Shown here: positions 30,935 to 41,960 of the stretch, one piece after another
Numbering within the stretch: position 1 is the stretch's first letter
Layout of the letters: each line of letters opens with the position of its first letter
Assembly (NCBI GenBank): GCA_964248365.1
Contig: CAXTYC010000027.1
Coordinates: 1-64,000 of the forward strand
Direction: 5' to 3'
DNA: 64,000 nucleotides
Source: an uncultured Chroococcidiopsis sp.
GTDB lineage: Bacteria; Cyanobacteriota; Cyanobacteriia; Cyanobacteriales; Chroococcidiopsidaceae
Made by a program: the position numbers and the translations under genes
The notes under the pieces: generated by a model
The model's database searches: none
What the model saw: only the letters and a program-made list of their open reading frames with translations
What the model was told of the DNA's origin: nothing

Positions 30935-32512
30935 GTGTTTGGTGTAGATATACAAAGAATTGTTAAAGCTTGCCTCGTGTCTTTAATGACAGGCTTTTTG
31001 GTTTTGAGTCTCACCAGCTGCGGCGATCGCCCATCTGAATCTGATAACGCTTTACGTGCTGCCACGACCGCAGACTCTCGTAGCACAAGCCTTGCTCAAC
31101 TTGCTGGCAACTTCTCAGAAGTGTCACCACCCCAGGCAATTCAACAATTGCGTCAAGCCTTGGAAACTTACCAACCTCAAGTGAAAATATTGAGTCCTCA
31201 ACCCGATGAGGTTCTCCAAGACGACAAAGTATCAGCGCAGTTCCAAGTTCAAGACTTACCCATCTTCAAAAATCCCGATCTAGATTTGGGTCCTCACCTG
31301 CACGTAATTTTAGATAATCAGCCATACATAGCTGTTTATGACCTCAAAGCACCCCTAGTTTTATCAGACTTAGCCCCTGGAACCCATACGCTACGAGTTT
31401 TTGCTTCTCGCCCTTGGCATGAAAGCTTTAAGAACGAAGGCGCATATGCCCAAACAACATTTCACATCTTCACCAAAACCGACGACAATAACCCCAATCC
31501 AGCCCAACCATTGTTAACTTACAGTCGTCCTAAAGGTAGCTACGGGGCAGAACCAATACTGCTAGACTTCTACCTAACTAACGCCCCCCTTCATCTAGTG
31601 GCACAGGAAAATCCCACCGATGAAATAGCGGATTGGCGCATTCGCTGCACAATTAATGGCAATAGTTTTGTTCTAGATCGTTGGGAACCTATTTACCTCA
31701 AAGGCTTTAAACCTGGTAAAAACTGGGTGCAGCTAGAGTTTCTAGACGAACAGGGAAACCCAGTCAAGAACGTTTTTAACAACACTGTACGAGTAATTAC
31801 TTACGAACCAAAGGGCAAAGATACTTTATCTAAGTTAACCAGAGGCGAACTTTCAGCCGATGCTGCTCGTGGCATTATCGAACCAAACTATACTGCTATC
31901 CCAGAAACAACGCCTACACCTGTACCCACCACTTCACCAGTTCCTACTGCGACACCTATCCCTACACCATCAGCAGAAGAAACAACCCCAACAGCCGAAC
32001 CGAGTGAAGAAAAACCAGTAGAAACTGAAATAGAAACAAAAGATTCAGCCCCAACGACTACCCCAGAGTCAAAACCAATAGAAAACCAAAAAGCTAACGG
32101 GTTTTTCAACCGCTTCCGTCGTCCAGAGGCTACGCCCTCCCCCACTCTTCCAGAGGTGATGGAGTCGCCAGCACCTGAATCGATCGCTCCTGATGATAAT
32201 CTTCCTCAAGTAGAGACTTTACCGGAACCACAGCCTTCAATAACACCAGCCGAACCAGAACCACTAGCTCCTTCAGAGTCTCAGGAATTCAAAGTACCAG
32301 CAAAAGAAAGATTAGGCGGCTACTTCAATCGCTTTCGTCGTGTTCCGGCTAAGTCGTCTCCCACTCTTCCACAGGTGATGAAGTCGCCAGCACCTGAATC
32401 GATTCCTCCTGATGATAATGTTCCTCAAGTAGAGACTTTACCCGAACAGCCTTCAATAACACCAGCCGAACCAGAGCTACATTCTAGTTCCCAGGCTGAG
32501 CCTGGGAACTAG
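30935..32512 (+). CDS. Hypothetical lipoprotein with Pro/Glu-rich duplicated C-terminus
   Basis: Lipobox LTSC; GPHLHVILDN and HTLRVFASRPWHES motifs; internal duplication at about 32099-32260 and 32318-32476. Confidence 0.82.
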   Translation: MFGVDIQRIVKACLVSLMTGFLVLSLTSCGDRPSESDNALRAATTADSRSTSLAQLAGNFSEVSPPQAIQQLRQALETYQPQVKILSPQPDEVLQDDKVSAQFQVQDLPIFKNPDLDLGPHLHVILDNQPYIAVYDLKAPLVLSDLAPGTHTLRVFASRPWHESFKNEGAYAQTTFHIFTKTDDNNPNPAQPLLTYSRPKGSYGAEPILLDFYLTNAPLHLVAQENPTDEIADWRIRCTINGNSFVLDRWEPIYLKGFKPGKNWVQLEFLDEQGNPVKNVFNNTVRVITYEPKGKDTLSKLTRGELSADAARGIIEPNYTAIPETTPTPVPTTSPVPTATPIPTPSAEETTPTAEPSEEKPVETEIETKDSAPTTTPESKPIENQKANGFFNRFRRPEATPSPTLPEVMESPAPESIAPDDNLPQVETLPEPQPSITPAEPEPLAPSESQEFKVPAKERLGGYFNRFRRVPAKSSPTLPQVMKSPAPESIPPDDNVPQVETLPEQPSITPAEPELHSSSQAEPGN

Positions 32513-32525
32513 GGACAAACTAAAA

Positions 32526-33119
32526 TTATTTAGAATATCGGCGCTTGCGTCGTGCCAACATACGTGCAGCTAAAGCGCCACCAATAAATCCAAACAAATG
32601 CCCTTGCCAGGAGATGCCATACTGCAAGGGTAAAACGCCCCAAATTATTCCTCCGTAAAGTACGCCGACAATTAAAGAAAATAAAATGGCGGCAAAGCTG
32701 CGTTCAAAGTAGCCACGTAGTAGCAGAAAACCAAAGTAACCGAAGATTAAACCACTTGCTCCGATGTGAATTGAGTTAGCTGGAGCAGTCAGCCAGACAC
32801 CAAAACCACTGACTAGCATTGTAATCACAGTGACTACAAAAAAGTCACTAGTCTCGCGCAGCATGATTAACCAGCCAAGAGTTAAAAAGGGGAGAGTATT
32901 AGCAGCTACATGAGCAAAATCGCCGTGCAGAAAAGGAGCAAATAAAATACCCCGTAGTCCGATCAAGCTATGTGGACGTATACCATAACGATTTAGCGCC
33001 CCTCCTAGAAACAGGGAATCTATGATTTCTAAAGCCCAAATAATGGTGACGAATCCACCCAGAACAAAAACTTGAGTTTTTAACTCACGCGCGATCGCTC
33101 CTGTTTCCTGTCTACTCAT
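32526..33119 (-). CDS. Rhomboid intramembrane serine protease
   Basis: PFLHG..H...N, HIGASG and SWQGHLFG motifs; ATG at 33119 with RBS. Confidence 0.92.
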   Translation of the reverse strand: MSRQETGAIARELKTQVFVLGGFVTIIWALEIIDSLFLGGALNRYGIRPHSLIGLRGILFAPFLHGDFAHVAANTLPFLTLGWLIMLRETSDFFVVTVITMLVSGFGVWLTAPANSIHIGASGLIFGYFGFLLLRGYFERSFAAILFSLIVGVLYGGIIWGVLPLQYGISWQGHLFGFIGGALAARMLARRKRRYSK

Positions 33120-33181
33120 GCATCTACCTCTGGAGGTATCCTTTACTTTAACTACCAGTGTGTCGCAAAAATCGACAACCT

Positions 33182-33841
33182 TCACAGCCTCAGCCCACGC
33201 TCGATGTTTTTGTAGTCTTGATCAATCAATAACCACAACTGTTTATTATGAGGATCAGCTTGCAAGGCTTTTTTGAGATAGATCCGAGCCGAATCGTAAT
33301 GCTGGCGTTCAATTAGCTTTCTTGCCCAACTATGATACGCTACAGCCAGCCATTGACACACTTTTGAGTCGCTGGGAAACTGTTTAGCCAAATTTTCTGC
33401 TACCTCAATTGCTTGCTGCCACTTTTTCCGCTTGAGCAGGCTGTAGATTTGGTTCAAAGTACTTACTTTGTGCAATTTTTGCTCAGGAGAAAGCTGAGAT
33501 TTTTGTGTCTGGCTTTGCTCACGGTTCTTGACGTGGAAGCGCACGCCACCTGATGGCGTAGCTGAAGATGAAGCGTTAGGGGTAGAAGTGGCCCACTCGG
33601 TTGGAGCAGAATATTTTTTAGTATTACTAGTTTGTGGTGTTTGCTTGCGCGCTGTGAGTAGGGTTTGGTAAGCAAGAGTAATTTGTTTAAAGCGATCTTC
33701 AGACTGGCGATCGCCGCCATTAAGATCGGGATGATACTTTCGGGCAAGCTTTCTGTAAGCTGCCTTAATCTCTTGCTCGGTAGCAACATCCGTTATTTCT
33801 AAAACTTGATAACACCAAGTAAGGTTAGAGGAATTATCCAT
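33182..33841 (-). CDS. J-domain protein with TPR
   Basis: YRKLARKYHPD motif and C-terminal TPR helices. Confidence 0.9.
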   Translation of the reverse strand: MDNSSNLTWCYQVLEITDVATEQEIKAAYRKLARKYHPDLNGGDRQSEDRFKQITLAYQTLLTARKQTPQTSNTKKYSAPTEWATSTPNASSSATPSGGVRFHVKNREQSQTQKSQLSPEQKLHKVSTLNQIYSLLKRKKWQQAIEVAENLAKQFPSDSKVCQWLAVAYHSWARKLIERQHYDSARIYLKKALQADPHNKQLWLLIDQDYKNIERGLRL

Positions 33842-34014
33842 GTGTGAGGGAGTGAATTTTGAGTGGCGCTCTTGCGAGGAAAAGGTTGAAGGTTAAAGGG
33901 GAAAGGGAAAAGGGAAAAGGGACAAGGGGACAAGGGGAAGTATTTAAACCCCCTCTTTCCCCCCCTCTCCTTGTCACCCCCTCAGCCCATCCTCTTCTAG
34001 CCTCGCGCCTACTT

Positions 34015-34743
34015 TTAGCGTAAATTAGCTGGAGGCTGTTTAGGGACAACCCAGTAATAAAGCGTATGTTCGCGCGTTGGTCCTTTGACTTGTACTACTT
34101 TGTCAGGTTTCCATTCACCCATATCGAAATCATGGGAAACGATACGAGTACCTGGTTTCAATTGTTTAAATAGTTGGGGTCGCAGCTTGACGTTAATATC
34201 AGGTAATAGGTAAAGCGTTACTACTGTTGCTTCACTAAGGTTAGTTTGAAATAAATCTTGCTGGCGAAACTGGACTCGATTTGTCACACCTGCTTTTTTA
34301 GCATTTTGATTGGCTTCCCCAATTCGCTCTGGATTAATATCTATACCTACAGCACGTATACCATATCTCTTTGCTGCTGTAATGGGAATTCGCCCGTCAC
34401 CACTACCAAGATCATATAGCACATCACCTTTCTTGACATTTGCTAACTTGAGCATTGCATCTACGACTGGCTGAGGTGTGGGAACGTAAGGTACATCCGG
34501 TTCCCGTTGTTCAGTTTGAGTATTAGGTGTAGGTGACGGCTTGGCTTGCGGTGTGGCTTGTGGTGAAATTTCTGGTGTCGCTCCTGGTGTGCCTCCTGGG
34601 GTAACTTCTGGTGAAGCTTGTCCAGCTGGTGGGGTATCTTGAGCTTGGGCATTAAGTTCGCTTTGTTTGATAGAACCAGCGATCGCCACAAGAGCTACAC
34701 TGCTACTTGTAACTAATAGCGTGAGCATTCGTTGTAATCCCAT
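34015..34743 (-). CDS. Class I SAM-dependent methyltransferase with N-terminal signal peptide
   Basis: DVPYVPTP, YDLGSGDGR, GIDI, VVTLYL and IVSHDF motifs; hydrophobic N-terminus and Pro-rich linker. Confidence 0.9.
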   Translation of the reverse strand: MGLQRMLTLLVTSSSVALVAIAGSIKQSELNAQAQDTPPAGQASPEVTPGGTPGATPEISPQATPQAKPSPTPNTQTEQREPDVPYVPTPQPVVDAMLKLANVKKGDVLYDLGSGDGRIPITAAKRYGIRAVGIDINPERIGEANQNAKKAGVTNRVQFRQQDLFQTNLSEATVVTLYLLPDINVKLRPQLFKQLKPGTRIVSHDFDMGEWKPDKVVQVKGPTREHTLYYWVVPKQPPANLR

Positions 34744-34765
34744 AGCATTTTCTCCTTCTATTTCT

Positions 34766-36115
34766 TTATCTGGCTGACGATTGTGGGCGACGAATCACCA
34801 ACAACAGAGGTATACCCATTAGCAAAACTGCTACGCCTACAATTGCACCGATGCTGTATGAAATACTAGTGGCGTAACTTAGGCTAGATTGAAGCATATA
34901 TGCACAGATAAGGCAAAAAATTAGCGGTATGAAAGGATAACCAGGAACACGAAAGGGACGAGGTACATTCGGTTCTTTCTGCCGTAGTACCAATAGTGCT
35001 ACACCTGATAGTAAAAAAAAGAACCAGAAGACGGGGGAGGTGTATGCAGCCATTGTCTCAAAGCCTTGACGACCTTCATGCACAAAGGTAGCAAGCAATA
35101 CCAGCGCTAGAGCGATCGCACCTTGAATTAGTAAAGCATTAGTTGGTGTGTTGCGGCGATCGCTCCAGCGTCCCAAAAAAGCAAAAAAGGGAAAATCTTT
35201 TCCTAGAGCATAATTAGTCCGAGCGCCTGTAAAAATTGTGGCATTAATTCCCCCCAATGATGAAATAGCCACTAAGAAACTGACAAATTTTGCTGCACCA
35301 TTCCCCACCGCATGGCGCATTAAATCAGCTGACGGGGCTTTAGACGAGGCTAATCCAGAAATCCCCAAACCTCGGATATAAGCAAAATTAATTAGCAAAT
35401 AAATAACTGTGATCGTGACAATGCTGCCAAGCAAAACCCTAACCATATTCCGTTGCACATCACGCATTTCGGCGGAGATGTAAGCTGCTTCATTCCAACC
35501 GCCATAGGTTAGCAGTACAAAAACCATTGCTAACCCAAAAGTGCCAGAAGAAGAAGGAGGAGCAGAATTTACCGGAGCGGATGAGGAGGTATATACTAAA
35601 CCAGCAAGAGTTACTAATAACAAACCCAGCACCTTTGCTGCTGACAGTAAATTTTGAGTCCATTTTCCTTGCTGCACACTCATCAGATTCAATATTGTCA
35701 GGATGACAATACTCAAAGCTGCATAAATGGAAGGGGCAAAGTTACCAAGAGATAAGATTTGAGCCGCGTAATTACCAAATACGAAAGCTAATAAAGCAAT
35801 CGAACCAGTTTGAATTACTGTCATTCGCGCCCAAGCAAATAAAAAGGCTATATCTTTACCAAAAGCTCGCATTAAATAATGGTAATTTCCACCTGGGTGC
35901 GGAAAAGTGGTTGCCAGTTCTGCATAACACAAAGCGCCAATGAGTGACATCACACCACCGAGCAACCAAGCAGCCATAGTTACATTTGCACTACCTGCAT
36001 TAACAGCAATCAAAGCTGGTGACTCAAAGATGCTTGCACCGATCACCATACCGATGATTAACGCACCTGCGTCTATTACTGAAAGGGTTGGTGGCATTAC
36101 CAGTTTATTTGCCAT
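34766..36115 (-). CDS. APC family amino acid permease
   Basis: GMVIGASIF, YAEL.T..P..GG, YGGW and RPFRVP motifs. Confidence 0.92.
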   Translation of the reverse strand: MANKLVMPPTLSVIDAGALIIGMVIGASIFESPALIAVNAGSANVTMAAWLLGGVMSLIGALCYAELATTFPHPGGNYHYLMRAFGKDIAFLFAWARMTVIQTGSIALLAFVFGNYAAQILSLGNFAPSIYAALSIVILTILNLMSVQQGKWTQNLLSAAKVLGLLLVTLAGLVYTSSSAPVNSAPPSSSGTFGLAMVFVLLTYGGWNEAAYISAEMRDVQRNMVRVLLGSIVTITVIYLLINFAYIRGLGISGLASSKAPSADLMRHAVGNGAAKFVSFLVAISSLGGINATIFTGARTNYALGKDFPFFAFLGRWSDRRNTPTNALLIQGAIALALVLLATFVHEGRQGFETMAAYTSPVFWFFFLLSGVALLVLRQKEPNVPRPFRVPGYPFIPLIFCLICAYMLQSSLSYATSISYSIGAIVGVAVLLMGIPLLLVIRRPQSSAR

Positions 36116-36453
36116 ACAGTCAACTACAAAGGTAGAAACGCTTGTTGATTAAATTACTTGTTAGCTCTTGCTTGCTTTTGGCTTATAGTACAGGGATGAT
36201 TTTGCCCCAAAGCGATCGCTAAAGGCACAGCTAACTGATACACAATTCGACTTTTAAGTCAATTCATGGCATTATAAGTTACTTGAAGCCAAAAACTCTC
36301 AACTACTTCGTTATTCTTAGTTTGCTGCACAAATATGACAGAAATATGTCAAAAAAGCGATTAGCTTTTAGCTTTTAGCGATTAGCTAAAAGCTTGCTTA
36401 GTAACTAGTAACTGATAACTGGTAACTGGTAACTGGTAACTGCGCGCCAGCTT

Positions 36454-37737
36454 TTATCTAAGGGGAAGTTGGATTTGAAAGGTTGAGCCTTGTTCCAAGG
36501 TACTATTAGCGGTAATATGTCCTTTGTGAGCTTCTACAATTTGTTGGGCGATCGCTAAGCCTAAACCAAAGCCACCTGTTTCACGCGATCGCACCGTATC
36601 CACGCGATAAAACCTCCCAAATACATGAGGCAAATCGGCAGATGGAATTCCTATCCCATTATCTTCTACTTGAATTACAACTCGCCCAGATTGAGTAAAC
36701 AGTCGCAGGTAAATTTTACCTCCAGTTGGAGTGTATTTAAAAGCATTGTTAAGTATATTTTTTACAGCTTGTTGCAACAAATCTGGTTCAGCTTTGATGC
36801 ATATTGGTTGCCCAGATATATCGGCAACAAAACTTAAATTTTGTGTAGCTGCTTGTGTCTGATACTCACTTACTAATGGTTGCAGTAAGCCAACGAGATC
36901 AACACTTTTTAATTCTGTAAGTGCTAATGCGCCTTCATGGCGTGCTAAGAACAATAAATTACTAATCAAGGCGCTCATTGACTTAGTAATATCTACAATA
37001 TTTTCCAAACGGCGACGTGGCTGAATATTATCCTCAGAGGGAGACAACAAACCGACTTGAGCATTACTCAAAATTGCTGCTAAAGGCGCTCGTAATTCGT
37101 GAGAAGCATCAGCAGTAAAGCGTTGTAATTGATCATAAGAACGGCGAATAGGTTTCATTGCAAGTCCCCCAAGAAACCAGCCAGTAAGTCCGATCAAACT
37201 CAACGCTATTGGAACACCTAGCGAAAGCGATAGCCGCGTTTGATCTAAATTTTCCCGTACAGAGGTAATAGAAGTAGCAACTTGTAGATAACCAACTAGT
37301 GAACTATTTCTTACAACTGGTAGGGTAACTTGTCTAAGCCATGCTTTTGAGTAATTTATATTAGTTTGGTTTGGTTGAGGCTTAATAGTTTGATAACCAG
37401 GAGGTTGGGTTAACTGTTTAGGAGCAGGAGTACCAACAAACTGCACCAATTTGCCTTGTGGATTATACCATCGAGCGTAGACAATTTCACCACACAGCGG
37501 TAAGGTGTTGCTTCCTAAAACTGGGACATTTTCTAGATCAAATTGCCATTGTCCTTGTTGAAATCGATACTGAGCTTTTGATGCGATCGCTCTACTTTTT
37601 TTGACAAGTTTATACTCACAATCGCGCAGTTGAGCTTCTACTTCGAGACAATAAACTACCCCAGCAAAAATAACTAGGATACTCCCCATTGACAGAGCAA
37701 ACCAGCAAGCTAAATTGCGACGGCTACGATTGAACAT
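36454..37737 (-). CDS. Sensor histidine kinase (RppB/NrsS-like)
   Basis: Two TM helices, FTADASHELRAP, N..NAFKY, DNGIGI and GFGLGL motifs. Confidence 0.92.
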   Translation of the reverse strand: MFNRSRRNLACWFALSMGSILVIFAGVVYCLEVEAQLRDCEYKLVKKSRAIASKAQYRFQQGQWQFDLENVPVLGSNTLPLCGEIVYARWYNPQGKLVQFVGTPAPKQLTQPPGYQTIKPQPNQTNINYSKAWLRQVTLPVVRNSSLVGYLQVATSITSVRENLDQTRLSLSLGVPIALSLIGLTGWFLGGLAMKPIRRSYDQLQRFTADASHELRAPLAAILSNAQVGLLSPSEDNIQPRRRLENIVDITKSMSALISNLLFLARHEGALALTELKSVDLVGLLQPLVSEYQTQAATQNLSFVADISGQPICIKAEPDLLQQAVKNILNNAFKYTPTGGKIYLRLFTQSGRVVIQVEDNGIGIPSADLPHVFGRFYRVDTVRSRETGGFGLGLAIAQQIVEAHKGHITANSTLEQGSTFQIQLPLR

Positions 37738-37797
37738 TATGAGGGGCTAGGGGTTAGGGGCTAGAGGCTAGGGGAATTTTAGATTTTAGATTAGAGA

Positions 37798-38523
37798 TTA
37801 GAATTTCTCCTCTGCCCCTCTGCCCCTTTGCCCCTCTGCCCCTCTGCCTTCCTCTGGAACATTGAGCCGATAGCCCATACCATATATAGTTTCTAGCCAA
37901 TCCTTTGCCCCAACTGCTTGCAGGCGCTGGCGTAATCTTCTGACAAGAGTGGTAACAGCATTACTTTCTGGTTCTGTACCCCACTCCCATAAGGCACTTT
38001 CGATTTGATCGCGGGATAAAACCTGACGGGGGTGACGCATAAGATATTCCATCAGTTGAAACTCACGGGTTGACAATTGGATAGTTATTTGCTCTCGCTC
38101 CAAGCATAAACTTGTCAGATGCAGTTTTAAATTTGCGGCGGTAAGAATATCTCCGATCCATTGGGGCGATCGCCTTGCTAACGCCCGTACTCTTGCCAGC
38201 AGTTCTATAACATCAACAGGCTTGACTAAATAATCATCTGCTCCAGCATCTAACCCAACAACTTTATCAGCTGTGGTATCTTTGGCAGTGAGTATCAAAA
38301 CCGGAGCGGTTTTGCCTATTGCTCGATATTGTTGACAAAGGCTAACTCCGCTTACTCTAGGTAACATCCAGTCTAATATCAGTAAGTCATACTCTTTTTG
38401 AGACATCAACCACTCGGCTGTATCTCCATCCTTTACCGCATCAACAATATGCCCTGCTTGAGATAGAGCAGCCTGAAGCGGCTCCAGCTGCGCTACGTCG
38501 TCTTCCACTAGTAAAATCATCAT
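37798..38523 (-). CDS. OmpR-family response regulator (RppA/NrsR-like)
   Basis: LVEDD, DWMLP, LTAKD, GADDYLVKP and ETIYGMGY motifs; STRR-derived tail. Confidence 0.93.
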   Translation of the reverse strand: MMILLVEDDVAQLEPLQAALSQAGHIVDAVKDGDTAEWLMSQKEYDLLILDWMLPRVSGVSLCQQYRAIGKTAPVLILTAKDTTADKVVGLDAGADDYLVKPVDVIELLARVRALARRSPQWIGDILTAANLKLHLTSLCLEREQITIQLSTREFQLMEYLMRHPRQVLSRDQIESALWEWGTEPESNAVTTLVRRLRQRLQAVGAKDWLETIYGMGYRLNVPEEGRGAEGQRGRGAEEKF

Positions 38524-38698
38524 ATCGACTAACAATTATTACCGCTACTATTACGGCTACTCTTTGCTCATACTGATATGTTTAATGGTAATAAAAGCGG
38601 GGCAGATAGGGGCGCTTAAGCAGTGTGGGGGAGCTGGGGGATAATTATCAATAACGAATTACGAACCAGGAATTACAAATTATTTTATCTTCTGCTTT

Positions 38699-39091
38699 AT
38701 GCGTGACTTTAGAGGGCTAAAAACCATAAAATCTTTAGGATTAGAGTTTTGGCTACCCTTACCTTTGTTAGGAATCCTTTTCTGGATGTGTGGTGGATTA
38801 GTAACAAACTATCTTTTGAGCCGCTCCTATTACAATAATGAGCAACTACAAGTTAACACTCAAATTAAAGAAAAACCAGCAAAAGTAGTTTTAGCAATTA
38901 AAGTAGAAATCAACTATAAGCTAGGTATTTCTAAAGTACAAGTCAAGACAGCTAATTCAACACTCAAACAGTTAGAATTTGAATTCTATGTTACAGATTT
39001 TAGTCAAATTGAAGCAGCAATTAGCCGCGAACTAGGATTATCTCTTGAACAAGTCAGGCAGTTAGTGCATTATCAAATCAATTACAGTTGA
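38699..39091 (+). CDS. Hypothetical membrane-anchored protein
   Basis: LEFWLPLP TM segment; divergent from the response regulator. Confidence 0.7.
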   Translation: MRDFRGLKTIKSLGLEFWLPLPLLGILFWMCGGLVTNYLLSRSYYNNEQLQVNTQIKEKPAKVVLAIKVEINYKLGISKVQVKTANSTLKQLEFEFYVTDFSQIEAAISRELGLSLEQVRQLVHYQINYS

Positions 39092-39288
39092 ATAAAAGAT
39101 GAGCGAGTAGGGTGGGCAATGGCCACTCCTTCTGATAATGGTGGGCATGGGTGGCAAACTATGAATTTCACTTTGTTTATAGCTTTTTTGATCTTTAGTA
39201 TGAGAACGTGTCAATTGTATTACTACTCGCTACAAGCTAAAAGCTAAAAGCTAACAGCTATTAGCTTTTATCAAAGGACAAAAACCAA

Positions 39289-40872
39289 ATGGCAAATATA
39301 CTTAGACAGCCATGCGATGAAGGAGTAATCCGGTCTAAGCCATGTATTCAACCTTGTAGCCGCAACCTCCGACCTTGGATATTGGCAGCAACGATCCTTG
39401 GCTCCAGCATGGCTATGATAGACGGTACGGTCGTGAATGTAGCGCTGCCAGCACTGCAAGCGGCACTGAATGCAACAGCTGCTGATGTACAGTGGATTGT
39501 TGAATCTTATGCGCTGTTTCTCGCCGCCCTGATTCTGGTTGGTGGTTCTTTAGGCGATCGCTTTGGACGGCGACGAATCTTTGGTTACGGTGTAGCACTA
39601 TTTGCCGCTGCTTCGGTGTCGTGCGGTTTAGCTGCTAATGTGCATCAACTAATCTACGCTCGTGCCATTCAAGGAGTTGGGGGAGCTTTACTAGTACCTG
39701 GCTCTCTAGCAATCATTAGCGCCGCTTTTAACCCTGAACAACGGGGAAAAGCTATTGGTACTTGGTCAGGCTTTACAGGTATTACCTCTGCCTTGGGACC
39801 AGTATTAGGAGGTTGGCTAGTTGAAAATGCTTCCTGGCGTTGGATTTTTTTTCTGAATGTCCCCCTAGCTGCGATCGTGCTTGGTATTCTATATTGGCGT
39901 GTACCAGAAAGCCACGACGAAGATGCGAAGAAGTTGGACTGGTGGGGGGCGATGTTGGTAACGCTTGGTTTGGGAACTTTGGTCTACGGGCTAATTGAAT
40001 CATCTCATTTAACCTGGACTCACCCAAGAGTAATCAGTGCCGTAGTAGTGAGTATTTTGGCACTGGTGACATTTATCTTCCTAGAAGCTAAAAACCCAGC
40101 ACCAATGATGCCTCCCAGTTTATTTCGCTCTCGCACCTTTAGCGGAGCAAACTTACTCACACTCCTGCTTTACACAGCCTTGAGCGGTATCCTATTCTTT
40201 TTTCCTTTTAATTTGATCCAAGTGCAGGGTTACTCAGCTACGGCTGCTGGTGCGGCGTTCTTACCATTTATTTTAATTATGTTCTTGCTTTCCCGTTGGT
40301 CAGGTGGGTTAGTTAGTCGCTATGGTTCTCAACGCCCGTTAACCTTTGGTCCAATTATTGCTGCTATTGGGCTGGCTTTATTTGCTTTTCCTGAAATTGG
40401 CGGTAGTTACTGGACAACCTTTTTCCCCGCAGTCGTCGTACTCGGTTTGGGTATGGCAATGACAGTCGCGCCACTGACAACTACGGTGATGGGTGCGGTG
40501 AGTGAACGCCAAGCCGGAATTGCTTCGGGTATCAACAATGCTGTTGCTAGAACTGCAGGATTGTTGTCAATTGCAATTTTAAGTATTGTGGTAGTACGGG
40601 CTTTTAACTCCAATCTAGATCGCCGCTTGGCTACGCTGACGTTACCGCCTGGGGTACAACAATTGCTAGATGCCCAACGGATTAAACTAGCTGGGGCAGA
40701 GATTCCTGCTAATCTTAGCCCAGATTTGGCAACAGCTCTACGCCGTGCGATCGCCCTTTCTTTTGTCGATAGTTTTCGTCTAGTTATTCTAATTGCCGTC
40801 ATGCTAGCCTTAGCAAGTGCGCTAATTGCCTTTGTAATGCTCAAGCGTCAGCCATCAGATCATGGGACTTGA
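39289..40872 (+). CDS. MFS transporter, DHA2 (14-TM) family
   Basis: IDGTVVNVALP, GSLGDRFGRRR and WRWIFFLNVP motifs. Confidence 0.92.
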   Translation: MANILRQPCDEGVIRSKPCIQPCSRNLRPWILAATILGSSMAMIDGTVVNVALPALQAALNATAADVQWIVESYALFLAALILVGGSLGDRFGRRRIFGYGVALFAAASVSCGLAANVHQLIYARAIQGVGGALLVPGSLAIISAAFNPEQRGKAIGTWSGFTGITSALGPVLGGWLVENASWRWIFFLNVPLAAIVLGILYWRVPESHDEDAKKLDWWGAMLVTLGLGTLVYGLIESSHLTWTHPRVISAVVVSILALVTFIFLEAKNPAPMMPPSLFRSRTFSGANLLTLLLYTALSGILFFFPFNLIQVQGYSATAAGAAFLPFILIMFLLSRWSGGLVSRYGSQRPLTFGPIIAAIGLALFAFPEIGGSYWTTFFPAVVVLGLGMAMTVAPLTTTVMGAVSERQAGIASGINNAVARTAGLLSIAILSIVVVRAFNSNLDRRLATLTLPPGVQQLLDAQRIKLAGAEIPANLSPDLATALRRAIALSFVDSFRLVILIAVMLALASALIAFVMLKRQPSDHGT

Positions 40873-41094
40873 AACTTTTTTAGGTATAAGTTTTTTGGCG
40901 CTGGACAAAGAAAGAATGTTAATGTCACGCCAAGACGCAAAGGCGCTAAGTAAAACAAAGAAGATTATCTGTGGGGTTTTAAATTTGCAAGATTTACAAA
41001 AGTAATCGAAAATCTAAAATCTAAAATCGTAAAGTCCTGTGATCTGGGTAGCCCAAGCAACATATACTAAACACGGCATCTAGTAGTTATTAAT

Positions 41095-41805
41095 ATGACC
41101 GCAGCAGCAGATCCAGTTAAGTTAATGAAACAGGAAGTGGGCAAAGAAGCCGCTAACCTTGTCAAATCAAATTCTATTGTTGGATTAGGTACAGGATCGA
41201 CCACTGCCTATACTATTCAGTTTTTAGGCGATCGCCTTAAGTCTGGTGAATTAAAAGATATTGTTGGTATACCTACATCGTTTCAAGCAGAGGTACTAGC
41301 CAAACAGTACGGCATTCCTTTAACTACATTGGATGCAGTCGATCACATTGATATCGCAATTGATGGCGCAGATGAAGTCGATCCGCAAAAGAATTTAATC
41401 AAAGGCGGCGGTGCAGCACATACCCGCGAAAAAATTGTAGACTACCTTGCCGATCAATTTATTGTAGTTGTGGATAGTTCTAAGCTAGTAGAGCGGTTAG
41501 GTTCCAGCTTTCCCGTCCCAGTCGAAGTAATACCAATGGCGATCGCGCCAGTCATGCGGGCAATTGAAAAACTCGGAGGCAAACCCGAACTACGCATGGG
41601 AGTCAAAAAAGCTGGACCAGTCATCACTGACCAAGGAAATATGGTTGTCGATGTCAAATTTGACACCATTGATCAGCCTGCCGAACTCGAAAAAACACTC
41701 AATAACATTCCAGGTGTCTTAGAAAACGGTATATTCGTCGGTCATACCGATTTAGTGCTAATTGGCGAAGTCCAAAACGAACAGCCCATCGTCCGCCAAA
41801 TGTAA
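41095..41805 (+). CDS. rpiA: Ribose-5-phosphate isomerase A
   Basis: GLGTGST, DGADE and IKGGG motifs. Confidence 0.97.
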   Translation: MTAAADPVKLMKQEVGKEAANLVKSNSIVGLGTGSTTAYTIQFLGDRLKSGELKDIVGIPTSFQAEVLAKQYGIPLTTLDAVDHIDIAIDGADEVDPQKNLIKGGGAAHTREKIVDYLADQFIVVVDSSKLVERLGSSFPVPVEVIPMAIAPVMRAIEKLGGKPELRMGVKKAGPVITDQGNMVVDVKFDTIDQPAELEKTLNNIPGVLENGIFVGHTDLVLIGEVQNEQPIVRQM

Positions 41806-41960
41806 ACAAAACAGTTAACAGTAGGGTGCGTTAGGCACTTAAGCTACTGTATTCTCATTAGTAAATGATGATCTGCCGGAACGCACCGTACAAAAATAGC
41901 AACTTTAGATTTTAGATTAGAAGTGAATCCAAGGCTCCAAAATCTAAAATCCAAAATTCA

